A DNA stretch of 64,000 nucleotides, from IMG/VR virus record IMGVR_UViG_3300035698_004752, positions 5,704-69,703 of that record; one strand, given 5' to 3'. The notes under the pieces were generated by a model that searched no databases, had not been told where the DNA came from, and saw only the letters and a list, made by a program, of their open reading frames with translations. A program made the translations under genes and the position numbers. Within the stretch, counting starts at the first letter, position 1. Every line of letters begins with the position of its first letter. Source of the DNA: a virus. This document shows positions 41,602 to 49,554 of the stretch, in pieces.

Positions 41602-42190
41602 AATTATACACGTAGTAGGGAACGGATTTAGTGCAGAGGCATATGATCAAACAGCGCCAGGAATGACCTTGACGTGTAATCTACCTCCATTTGATATACC
41701 GAATGCATCTGCAACTTGTATGGTCGATTTTAAAATGATGAAGGCTATTGAAGAAGGTTCTGTTACTGTCCCGGGTAATTGGGTACTAGGATTTAGACCT
41801 AAAAAGTATACTGAATTAAGACAAAATTTTTATCTTCGTCATGCACCTCAAATTAAAGAATTTTATACCGTTCTACCGAAATACGTAGCGAATTATACTG
41901 ATTTTAATTGCGGTCATTTTGCTGTTCATTATGCTGCTAATAGATTAAAGGGTACTGAAATTCATATGTACGGATTCGATTCAATGTTTGAATTTGATCT
42001 TAGATCTTGTACTGATTTTTATTTACAATCAAATAGAGAAAATAATCATACAGAGAAACTTACAAGTAATTGGCGACCAATCTGGGAGAAACTCTTTAAA
42101 GAATTTCCAAAGGTTGATTTTAAAATATACTACAGACATAATCATATCAAAATTAATGCACCAAAAAATGTTGAATTAATCGTAAAATAG
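41594..42190 (+). CDS. GT29/Maf-like glycosyltransferase-related protein
   Basis: VVGNG-S ... TCN ... NCGHFA ... IHMYGFD. Confidence 0.6.
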   Translation: MTKIIHVVGNGFSAEAYDQTAPGMTLTCNLPPFDIPNASATCMVDFKMMKAIEEGSVTVPGNWVLGFRPKKYTELRQNFYLRHAPQIKEFYTVLPKYVANYTDFNCGHFAVHYAANRLKGTEIHMYGFDSMFEFDLRSCTDFYLQSNRENNHTEKLTSNWRPIWEKLFKEFPKVDFKIYYRHNHIKINAPKNVELIVK

Positions 42191-42227
42191 GGTTTACAAT
42201 CTTTCAAATTTAGGGTACTATACATAT

Positions 42228-42497
42228 ATGGAACTTTTAGATAAATCCTGTTTAGATTCGATTGATGTCGATATTAATCAATCGATCATGTGGTATATGT
42301 GTGCTACTTGGGCTTTAAATGAAGAAAATCCGATTATAACAGAAAATGTTTATAATCACATAAAAAGAAAAATTAAGAAGAATTGGGAAATTATAGATCA
42401 TGTTTGTAAATTCAACATTGATCAAAATGATTTTTCGATTATAGAATTCCCTAAAATGACTGAACAAACTGTAAAGACCCTTAGATCAAATCTATAA
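42228..42497 (+). CDS. Hypothetical protein, weak similarity to NAD-ligase N-terminal helical domain
   Basis: EENPIITENVYN resembles P-ISD-EYD. Confidence 0.4.
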   Translation: MELLDKSCLDSIDVDINQSIMWYMCATWALNEENPIITENVYNHIKRKIKKNWEIIDHVCKFNIDQNDFSIIEFPKMTEQTVKTLRSNL

Positions 42498-42561
42498 TAG
42501 GGGTTTACACCTTAGACGTTTTATGATACTATATAAGTAATCTAAACAAATGGAGAATAAA

Positions 42562-42792
42562 ATGAGTGATTCTAACTCAAGCGCCACAACTGGCGGAATT
42601 AGCTTTACGGGTGCTTTAGCTCTAGTATTTATTGTGATGAAATTAATGGGCTGGGGTGCAGTAGCTACCTGGTCGTGGTGGTGGGTACTTTCACCGCTTT
42701 GGTTGCCGATCGTAATTGTATTGGGCTTCATGGCAATTGTCTTTCTCTTCGTCCTACTTGCCGCTGGCATTAGTGCCCTATTTGGACGATAG
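42562..42792 (+). CDS. Conserved small phage membrane protein
   Basis: GGISF...LVFIVMKL-G...WSWWWVLSPLW. Confidence 0.75.
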   Translation: MSDSNSSATTGGISFTGALALVFIVMKLMGWGAVATWSWWWVLSPLWLPIVIVLGFMAIVFLFVLLAAGISALFGR

Positions 42793-42937
42793 AATGACAG
42801 ACTTTGAACAAATGGTTGTCGATGATATCCTGGTATGGTATTTAGAATCTGGGTGTGGTATTCATCCATCTCAGCATGAAGCTATATCAAAAGAGTATTG
42901 GAAACAAACTCATGGTATGTCATTAGATTGATAATTT

Positions 42938-43012
42938 GGGAGTATGGTGTAAAGGTGGCACAAACCGCTCATAACGGTTAAGGATCGAGTTCAACTCTCG
43001 GTGCTCCTACCA
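42938..43012 (+). tRNA. tRNA-Ile2/Met (CAT)
   Basis: aaccg-ctCATaa-cggtt, encoded CCA. Confidence 0.85.
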
Positions 43013-43191
43013 AAAGGAATATATAATGTATGAAATACTAAAAGCAGATGACATTTGGGGCCTCATGAGAGAGGTCCGAAAACTTAGAGCCAAAGGTTGG
43101 CGTTGCGCCGGCGGAGTAGCTATTAAGAGCGCAAAAGGCGGTATATTAAATACTGATGAAACCACATATTATCAGGCAATGGAGAAGTGAA

Positions 43192-43770
43192 GTGAAAGAT
43201 TTTGTTATAAACCGTAACTCGTGGCATTTTCAATTAAATGAGATATTCATTTTAAGAGAAAAATCGCCTCATCAATATCCTAAAGATTTTTGTACTTATT
43301 GGCGTTGGACATTATGGTCAGCGGTGATGGCTGGTGCTATGACTTTCATTGTGCTTGCTGCAATCGGCGCAGTTGGTATAATATTATTCGGCGCCGCATC
43401 GCACCTAATGTTTTCCGCTGCATTACTTGGATTTATAACACTCGCAGTAGGTGTTGGAGTATTTATTGTATTAATATTAGTTCCCTATGTCATTGAACCT
43501 CTTTGGAATAAAATCCCTCGTGATTGGTTCAGTGAAAAGTTAGGTAAACTTGGTGATGCAATTGCATTACCATTTGTATGGGTGTGGTCATATTTACTTA
43601 TTCCTCTCCACTATATTTGGGAATTAATCAAGGAAGCGTTCTTTTACCTTAATGATAAGTATGATGCTTGGCGCGAGAAGCACCCAAAGAAAGATCCAAA
43701 ACCGTCGATCATTGTTGCTAAGTATAAAGCACAAAAATCCAAGATTTGCCCGATGGTAGAATATGCTTGA
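43192..43770 (+). CDS. Membrane protein
   Basis: DFCTYW motif, several TM segments, ICPMVEY; start uncertain. Confidence 0.6.
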   Translation: MKDFVINRNSWHFQLNEIFILREKSPHQYPKDFCTYWRWTLWSAVMAGAMTFIVLAAIGAVGIILFGAASHLMFSAALLGFITLAVGVGVFIVLILVPYVIEPLWNKIPRDWFSEKLGKLGDAIALPFVWVWSYLLIPLHYIWELIKEAFFYLNDKYDAWREKHPKKDPKPSIIVAKYKAQKSKICPMVEYA

Positions 43771-43970
43771 TCGTGTTAGTTGGGATCGCTATGACAGCGG
43801 TTCGTGGAGTTTCGGTATAAGTTATCAGACGGCGCCACACCATTTTGCAATACATTTGTTTAAGCGAGCATTGTATATTAACTTTGAATAGAATCGACTG
43901 GTCGGATAACCGGACAATAGATTAGGTAGCACCTAAGTCTCTAGCTATGAGGTATAATACAGGTTATACG

Positions 43971-43995
43971 AAAAAGCAGCTTCGGCTGTTTTTTT
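43971..43995. terminator. Intrinsic (possibly bidirectional) terminator
   Basis: aaaaagcagc-ttcg-gctgttttttt. Confidence 0.85.
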
Positions 43996-44128
43996 GGTGA
44001 CAGATGTAAATTAAATTAGAAAAAAGTGAATTAATTTGCATTTAGGGGGTTTACGGCGACACTTTTTTTATATATAATACATCTAACAAATAAACAATTA
44101 AGCAACGCACAGAACATTAAAAATTTAT

Positions 44129-44203
44129 CGCGGGATGGAGAAGAGGAAACTCATTAGCCTCATAAGCTAAAGATCGCCAGTTCGAATCTGGCTCCTGCAA
44201 CCA
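44129..44203 (+). tRNA. tRNA-fMet-like (CAT)
   Basis: C1:A72 mismatch; ttagc-ctCATaa-gctaa lacks the three G-C pairs. Confidence 0.85.
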
Positions 44204-44217
44204 ACAAGAAAGCTAAC

Positions 44218-44328
44218 ATGAAACATTTATTCCAAATATCCCCAGAACAGAATACGCTGCCAGCGTATAATTCGTTCTGTGTGCGAGGTATGGATATTAC
44301 ACGCATGAAGGCTTTAAAGATTAGATAA
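44218..44328 (+). CDS. Putative leader peptide MKHLFQISPEQNTLPAYNSFCVRGMDITRMKALKIR
   Basis: 36-codon ORF overlapping alternative hairpins. Confidence 0.55.
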   Translation: MKHLFQISPEQNTLPAYNSFCVRGMDITRMKALKIR

Positions 44329-44388
44329 AATTTCTAATATAATCTTTTGTAAAAGCCTTTCCTACTTCCCAGTTCGAAAGGTTTTTTT
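44307..44388 (+). promoter_or_regulatory. Antiterminator/terminator switch
   Basis: aaggcttt-aaagatta pairs taatcttt-tgt-aaaagcctt; alternatively aagcctttc pairs gaaaggttt followed by T run. Confidence 0.6.
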
Positions 44389-44417
44389 ATGAAATAATGA
44401 TAAAAAAGTTCACACCA

Positions 44418-44670
44418 AGGGGTTTAAATACTAAAAAGAACCCTTACTTATCTACTATCAAAGAGACAATCTAAGGAACAAAAAAACGAAAATAATTAAA
44501 TTATTTTTCAATATAGGGGTTTAAATACTAAAAAGAACCCTTACTTATCTACTAACAAAGAGACAATCAGATCTATTTAGAAAAGAATGAGACAATAAAA
44601 TAATTCATTCTTTTTTCAATAAATCTAATTTAAGGGGTTTACAAACCATCGTAAAAGCCTTATATTAGCA
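44418..44670 (+). promoter_or_regulatory. Three tandem promoters heading the tRNA array
   Basis: Direct repeat aggggtttaaatactaaaaagaacccttacttatctacta at 44418 and 44515; TTTACA-17-TATATT at ~44638. Confidence 0.7.
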
Positions 44671-44959
44671 CTATAGAGATTAAAAAGTTCAAGTGGATGT
44701 GCGGAACGAGACTGCAGGGACCACTATAAAAATACCTATATGGGCGTGTTTGGGGATTGTTAGACAAAACCAAGCTAGGATGTTAGATATCCTGAGAAAT
44801 CTAACCGTGGACTATTTAGAAGACCCTATTCACATAGGTCCACGAAAAATATGGGGCACTACTAACAAATATTATTTAATAGTAATTATGATGCGGCGGG
44901 CAAATTCCGGCAAATATAGTTAACGCTATACCAACGATAATTACTTTCAAATAATATTT

Positions 44960-45034
44960 GCCTTCAAAGCATAAATGGCGATGCACCGGTTTTGTAATCC
45001 GGTTAAGTGAGTTCGATTCTCTCTGGGGGCACCA
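44960..45034 (+). tRNA. tRNA-Thr (TGT)
   Basis: Cloverleaf, loop ttTGTaa, CCA. Confidence 0.85.
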
Positions 45035-45157
45035 AAAGTTTGTGGTTAGATATGGAGCTGGGTTTATAACCGGCGCTGGATCGTTACCAGACGTACAAGA
45101 GCAAGAGCAAATTGAAGAGAGTGTCGAAACTCTCGCTTGTAGGCCACAATTTAATAT

Positions 45158-45234
45158 GTCCCAGTAGCCCAATTGGCAGAGGCGTCAGGTTTAAGCCCTG
45201 TTCAGTCTGAGTTCGAATCTCAGGTGGGATACCA
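45158..45234 (+). tRNA. tRNA-Leu (TAA), short variable loop
   Basis: Loop ttTAAgc, CCA. Confidence 0.85.
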
Positions 45235-45313
45235 AGATATAATACAAGTAGGGAACGTTGGCAGTCATTGATGATGACACTAATCCTACGCAAATATCCA
45301 GCGACCAATTCAA

Positions 45314-45389
45314 TTCCCATTAGCTCAGTAGGTAGAGCAAGCGACTGTTAATCGAAAGGTCCTAGGTTCGAATCCTAGATGGGGAGCCA
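45314..45389 (+). tRNA. tRNA-Asn (GTT)
   Basis: Loop ctGTTaa, G73, CCA. Confidence 0.9.
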
Positions 45390-45395
45390 ATATAT

Positions 45396-45481
45396 TGTAT
45401 CGTGACTGAATGGTAAGGTGTCCGGCTGTTAACCGGAAGCCTCTTAATAGAGCGTGGGTTCGAGTCCCACCGATACAGCCA
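45396..45481 (+). tRNA. tRNA-Asn (GTT) with long variable arm
   Basis: tccgg-ctGTTaa-ccgga; 16-nt variable region; CCA. Confidence 0.85.
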
Positions 45482-45712
45482 ATTCCTGCTTTGATAAAGC
45501 GGAATAAAGTGTAAATGAGATTAACGTTTAAATACACTTACCAAAAACTTTTAAACAGGTTAACGTAATTACCGCGGAGTGTAAAGGGATTTCAGTTGTC
45601 GTTGCCCAACCAACGGAGCCAGGTAGTTCTAACGCCTGTTAAAGAGGTTTATCACTTCATTAGTCCGGAGGGGAATGTGCGGCCGCTCATTTCCTCTCCA
45701 TATGGAATTCAA

Positions 45713-45789
45713 GGTTTACTAGCTCAACTGGAGAGAGCACTTGATTACGAATCAAGAGGTTCGGGGTTCGAATCCCTGGTAAATCACCA
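45713..45789 (+). tRNA. tRNA-Arg (ACG)
   Basis: cttga-ttACGaa-tcaag, CCA. Confidence 0.92.
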
Positions 45790-45793
45790 ACGC

Positions 45794-45870
45794 GGCTCCT
45801 TAGCTCAACTGGACAGAGCACGGCACTTCTAATGCTGAGGTTCGGGGTTCGAATCCCTGAGGAGTCACCA
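45794..45870 (+). tRNA. tRNA-Arg (TCT)
   Basis: cggca-ctTCTaa-tgctg, CCA. Confidence 0.92.
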
Positions 45871-45958
45871 ATACGGTAAGTCAAACGTTATCTCTTTGAT
45901 AAGCGGAACTTGACTTAGTAAAGCAATGGGAAAATTCGTCCATTCGCCATGACATTAT

Positions 45959-46032
45959 GCACCGGTAGCTGAGTGGTTTAGCACGGGACTTTTAATCCCA
46001 GTACGAGGGTTCGATCCCCTCTCGGTACACCA
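45959..46032 (+). tRNA. tRNA-Lys (TTT)
   Basis: Loop ctTTTaa, CCA. Confidence 0.9.
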
Positions 46033-46045
46033 AAAATAAGAATAT

Positions 46046-46123
46046 GTGCGTGTGGGCAAATTGGCAAAGTCGCTCGGTTTAGGTCCGAGAGTTATGTGGG
46101 TTCGACTCCCACCATGCATACCA
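46046..46123 (+). tRNA. tRNA-Leu (TAG), short variable loop
   Basis: ctcgg-ttTAGgt-ccgag, CCA. Confidence 0.88.
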
Positions 46124-46130
46124 AATATAT

Positions 46131-46223
46131 GGAGAGGTTTTTGCAGAGGTCTGCAACCCGGTCTTGAAAACCGGTGATAGGGTTAGTAGCTCTATGGGGA
46201 TCAATACCGCCACCTCTCTTCCA
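46131..46223 (+). tRNA. tRNA-Ser (TGA), possible 8-bp acceptor
   Basis: ccggt-ctTGAaa-accgg, long variable arm, U73. Confidence 0.8.
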
Positions 46224-46229
46224 GAACAT

Positions 46230-46319
46230 GGGTTCTGTCATAAGGCTTCTGTGGAGAGGCGATGGGTTGTAGCCCCATTCCGGCAGCGGCACGAGGTTCG
46301 ACTCCTCCGGAACCCACCA
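46230..46319 (+). tRNA. tRNA-Tyr (GTA), 8/4 fold with 6-bp D stem
   Basis: gggttctg/cggaaccc; gagg-ttcgact-cctc; atggg-ttGTAgc-cccat. Confidence 0.75.
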
Positions 46320-46324
46320 AATAT

Positions 46325-46413
46325 GCGCGGTCTGATACGGTATTGGATTAGTGGAGAAAGTGCACATAATTCTCCCCACATTCGAATGAGGTTCGACTCC
46401 TCGCCCTGCACCA
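46325..46413 (+). ncRNA. tRNA-like RNA with expanded anticodon loop
   Basis: T arm and ACCA present; ggagaa-11nt-ttctcc. Confidence 0.55.
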
Positions 46414-46418
46414 AGTTT

Positions 46419-46479
46419 AGGATGAATACAGCAACAAAACAAACGCTAACTTTTGATGTCTAGCGACAAAAATCATCCT
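46419..46479 (+). ncRNA. CAGCAA-handle RNA 1
   Basis: aggatga...tcatcct helix, CAGCAA, inner cgcta..acttttgatgt..tagcg hairpin. Confidence 0.75.
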
Positions 46480-46489
46480 GTAATTATTT

Positions 46490-46566
46490 GCCCGAAACGC
46501 GTCCTGGTGGACCATCGATCTTTACATGGTTGATTATGGTGAGTTCAATTCTCACTTTGGGTACCA
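46490..46566 (+). tRNA. tRNA-Val (TAC)
   Basis: Loop ttTACat, atypical D arm, CCA. Confidence 0.75.
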
Positions 46567-46720
46567 AGTTAGGTGTTGCAGCACCTTTTCGAAAGAAGTA
46601 AAGATTGTATATTACACTGCAAAAAGTAATAATTTTTACTGATATAGCCTGGATGGCGCGCCCCATAAGGCGAAGGATTGGTTCGATTCCATAATATATT
46701 TGCTCTTTCGAAAGAAATAT

Positions 46721-46794
46721 GTCCCTATAGCATAGTGGTAATGCTGGCGCCTGATGAGCGTCCTACCAAAGTTCGATTCTTTGTAGGGATACCA
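46721..46794 (+). tRNA. tRNA-Ile (GAT)
   Basis: ggcgc-ctGATga-gcgtc, CCA. Confidence 0.88.
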
Positions 46795-46898
46795 AATTAC
46801 GAGTGTAAAAGATGCTACTATTAAATTAGTCATAGAGACTTGAGTGTTCGGTTTCTCGGACATCTTGGAGAGATCAAGTTCCCCTCGTATCAGAATTT

Positions 46899-46972
46899 CT
46901 GGGTATAGCTTAATGGTAAAGCAGTGGTCTTGGACCTCACGCATCGGAGTTCGATTCTCCGTGCCCTGACCA
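46899..46972 (+). tRNA. tRNA-Pro (TGG)
   Basis: C1-G72, loop ctTGGac, CCA. Confidence 0.8.
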
Positions 46973-47075
46973 AAATATGTAAGTGTAGCTTAATGAAAAG
47001 CCCTGCCAAATGCCATATTATCGTGTGCTGCGGAAGGAGATACATGCTCGAGTCATGTCACTTACCCTAAAAATT

Positions 47076-47150
47076 GCTTCCAAACATCGGGTGATGTCGC
47101 CGGCCTTCCAAGCCGTGCTGGGTAGGGTTCGAGTCCCTCTGGACGCTCCA
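47076..47150 (+). tRNA. tRNA-Gly (TCC)
   Basis: Loop ctTCCaa, U73, CCA. Confidence 0.82.
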
Positions 47151-47285
47151 AAACAAGAAAAAGTAACGCCCTGTCTAATACTAGTTAACATTCGACAGGA
47201 AAAAGCGGGCTGAGAGGCATACATCAGAGGAGTAATTACCAAAGATGAAAGCAATAACTCTTAAGAGCTGCGTTACTACCAAATT

Positions 47286-47360
47286 GGCCTATTGATGTTA
47301 ACGGTAGCATACCTGATTGTCCATCAGAGGGTACGAGTTCGATTCTCGTATAGGTCGCCA
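47286..47360 (+). tRNA. tRNA-Asp (GTC)
   Basis: Loop ttGTCca, G73, CCA. Confidence 0.88.
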
Positions 47361-47365
47361 AATAT

Positions 47366-47441
47366 GCCGGTAAAGTGTTGAAGGATACACACTTGATTGT
47401 GGATCAAGTATAGATGGGATCGTTACCCACTGCCGGTTCCA
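47366..47441 (+). tRNA. tRNA-His (GTG) lacking encoded G-1
   Basis: cttga-ttGTGga-tcaag; G1-U72; preceding base T. Confidence 0.85.
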
Positions 47442-47623
47442 AATAATGAGAGGATATGATATGACTAAGAGATTTCCAGAGGATTACACTCACGCAGAAC
47501 TTAATAAATTGGTTCTTTATCACCACTCGAAACATACAGAATATAAAACAAAATATTTAGATACACGCGATCAGCTGATCGAGATTCGTAAAGAACTCTC
47601 AGCTTTAAAACGTAAAAAGTAAT

Positions 47624-47701
47624 GATATGGGAACTGGCTGGGTTCCGGAAGCGGATTGCAAATCCGTTAAAATTAGAGTTCGATTCTCTCCCATATCTCC
47701 A
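47624..47701 (+). tRNA. tRNA-Cys (GCA), 8/4-type fold
   Basis: gatatggg/cccatatc; agag-ttcgatt-ctct; U73. Confidence 0.82.
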
Positions 47702-47706
47702 AATTT

Positions 47707-47779
47707 GGTTACAGAGCATGGTGCTCAGATGTCTCTCATAAGGACGTTTTGCCTGGATCGATACCAGGTGTAACCACCA
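47707..47779 (+). tRNA. tRNA-Met (CAT), atypical D arm
   Basis: Loop ctCATaa, CCA. Confidence 0.75.
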
Positions 47780-47785
47780 AATAAT

Positions 47786-47861
47786 GTCCAAGTAGCTGAT
47801 GTGGTCTTAGCGCTGAGTTGAAGCCTCAGAGATGTAAGTTCGATCCTTACCTTGGACACCA
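47786..47861 (+). tRNA. tRNA-Phe (GAA)
   Basis: ctgag-ttGAAgc-ctcag, CCA. Confidence 0.9.
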
Positions 47862-47998
47862 AAGAATATGCTCCTTAGCTTAAGAGAGAAGCGACAACTG
47901 GTGTCCCTGCAGGGACTTGTTGGAGAAGGAAATTCGGCCAAATCGTTGCAACGGTGGAAGTCAGAGAGGTGTGATGCCTCCCAGGAGCACCATAATAT

Positions 47999-48076
47999 AT
48001 CACGTTAGTTTAAATGGAATAGAACACTTCACTTTCAATGAAGACGATGCGAGTTCGAGTCTCGTACGTGGTACCA
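47999..48076 (+). tRNA. tRNA-Glu (TTC)
   Basis: cttca-ctTTCaa-tgaag, CCA. Confidence 0.85.
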
Positions 48077-48205
48077 GAATATAGCAGTAATATGATGCGG
48101 ATAACGTGTCTGAGTCATACGAAATGCTCGTCGGTAGGGAGGTTGTTGGCCTAAAGCCACGGCGTGAAAAGCTACGACGTTAAATGGAAGCCTCCCAGAA
48201 ATCAC

Positions 48206-48285
48206 GGACCAGGTCCAATCATTGGTCAATTGGAGCGGCCTTTTAACCCGTATGCGTCTGAGTTCGATTCTCAGCTGGTTCACCA
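48206..48285 (+). tRNA. tRNA-Lys (TTT), second copy
   Basis: Loop ctTTTaa, CCA. Confidence 0.8.
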
Positions 48286-48404
48286 AAATTGGTAGTGATA
48301 TAATCTTCCCGTGTGAGGAAGACCTTAACGTTCCGTATTAATTTACCCGATCCAGAAGAAGGATGTTAAGTCAAAGGTGCAAACACCCCTACCAGTACTA
48401 ATTT

Positions 48405-48617
48405 AGGATATATACAGCAACCAAATTTATTTTAGGTTCGACTCCTAAAGTCCCCACCACGAACACACTTGAACAAAGGTTAAATCCGTAGTTTAACTGG
48501 ACTGAATGTAGATTACATCGCGCGTTTAGTAAGTTCTAGTAGGTCATCAAGTGTGTTCTTGATGGGGACTTGGCATGGTGCCAGCGCAGTCATACTGCGT
48601 TTAACCCCATATATCCT
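48405..48617 (+). ncRNA. CAGCAA-handle RNA 2 containing a circularly permuted tRNA (CAT)
   Basis: aggatatat/atatatcct helix; T arm-AGTCCCC-A-CCA (48459) precedes GGGGACT (48564), D arm and anticodon arm. Confidence 0.8.
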
Positions 48618-48629
48618 GTAACTAATAAT

Positions 48630-48704
48630 GCACCGGTAATTCAGCGGTAGAAATTCGGCCTCTTAACCCGAAAGTCGTGGGTTCGATCCCCACCCGGTAC
48701 ACCA
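48630..48704 (+). tRNA. tRNA-Lys (CTT)
   Basis: Loop ctCTTaa, CCA. Confidence 0.9.
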
Positions 48705-48710
48705 ATTCAA

Positions 48711-48784
48711 GGCCCCTTGGTGCAATGGTAGCACGCCAGGTTTTCAACCTGTAGACGAGAGATCGATACTCTCAGGGGCAACCA
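48711..48784 (+). tRNA. tRNA-Glu (TTC), second copy
   Basis: Loop ttTTCaa; 1:72 mismatch; CCA. Confidence 0.85.
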
Positions 48785-48824
48785 ATTTATTAGCAATTCG
48801 GCTGAAAAAACAAAGAGATATGAT

Positions 48825-49073
48825 ATGGAAAGCAAAGAAGAATTTTACAACAACGTGTCAAGAATACTTGGCATAGAACACGAATACAATGAACCAGTAC
48901 CACGTAGAACTCGTTGGAACAATAGAAATATTGGCAACGGAAGATTCAAAGGTTTTGGTCTTGTTAGGTGTCATGGCTCCGGCGTAATCGTTATAAGCAA
49001 AAAAGATGGTACAAAAATATTTGATACTTATGACGAAGTTTATGAACATTTAAGGGGTTTACATCCTCTTTAA
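48825..49073 (+). CDS. Hypothetical protein
   Basis: RRTRWNNR--GNGRFKGFG; lies between tRNAs. Confidence 0.65.
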   Translation: MESKEEFYNNVSRILGIEHEYNEPVPRRTRWNNRNIGNGRFKGFGLVRCHGSGVIVISKKDGTKIFDTYDEVYEHLRGLHPL

Positions 49074-49107
49074 GATACGGTATTATATTGAGATCAAAAG
49101 GAGATAT

Positions 49108-49389
49108 ATGATGATAAAATTCACTGCTTTTAATAATATAACTCGTGAAGAAATTGAATTAGCTATTGAACGGCTTCCAGAGCATGGTTTAACCCGCTGG
49201 AAAATGGGCGAAATTCTTGAACAGCTAGATAAGCATAATGATGCATTATCTTACACTCTCGCAAAGCTTCAATGGCATGATGAGTTTTTGGATTGGCTTG
49301 GTCAAAATGGTCGAGTAAGTCCCCTAGATATTCAAGATTTTTTCCGCTGGAAAGAAGCTGAGAAAATTGTAAACGAAATGATGAATTAG
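49108..49389 (+). CDS. Hypothetical protein
   Basis: Promoter TTTACA-17-TATTAT and RBS aaggag. Confidence 0.65.
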   Translation: MMIKFTAFNNITREEIELAIERLPEHGLTRWKMGEILEQLDKHNDALSYTLAKLQWHDEFLDWLGQNGRVSPLDIQDFFRWKEAEKIVNEMMN

Positions 49390-49395
49390 AATAAT

Positions 49396-49470
49396 GGTTC
49401 GTTAGTGTAGTGGTCGCATCGCTGGTCTGTCAAGCCGGAGGAACGGGTTCAATCCCCGTACGAACCGCCA
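49396..49470 (+). tRNA. tRNA-Asp (GTC), second copy
   Basis: Loop ctGTCaa, G73, CCA. Confidence 0.88.
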
Positions 49471-49478
49471 TTAAATAA

Positions 49479-49554
49479 CAGAGTATAGCTTAGTCGGTAA
49501 AGCGCTGGTCTTGGGTACCAGAGATCGAAGGTTCGAGTCCTTCTATTCTGACCA
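49479..49554 (+). tRNA. tRNA-Pro (TGG), second copy
   Basis: ctggt-ctTGGgt-accag, CCA. Confidence 0.92.

Noticed and set aside
580-42869. Minus-strand and nested ORFs within the protein-coding region
   Set aside because: Antisense or out-of-frame shadows of clear + strand genes
46230-46319. tRNA-Sec
   Set aside because: Sec-like D arm, but the anticodon is GTA rather than TCA, the fold is 8/4, and no sel genes are present
46641-46700. Additional tRNA-Met
   Set aside because: Only cgcc-ccataa-ggcg and a T-loop remnant; no acceptor pairing or CCA
46979-47992. Group I introns in tRNA anticodon arms
   Set aside because: Inserts are only tens of nt, far too short, and show no core motifs
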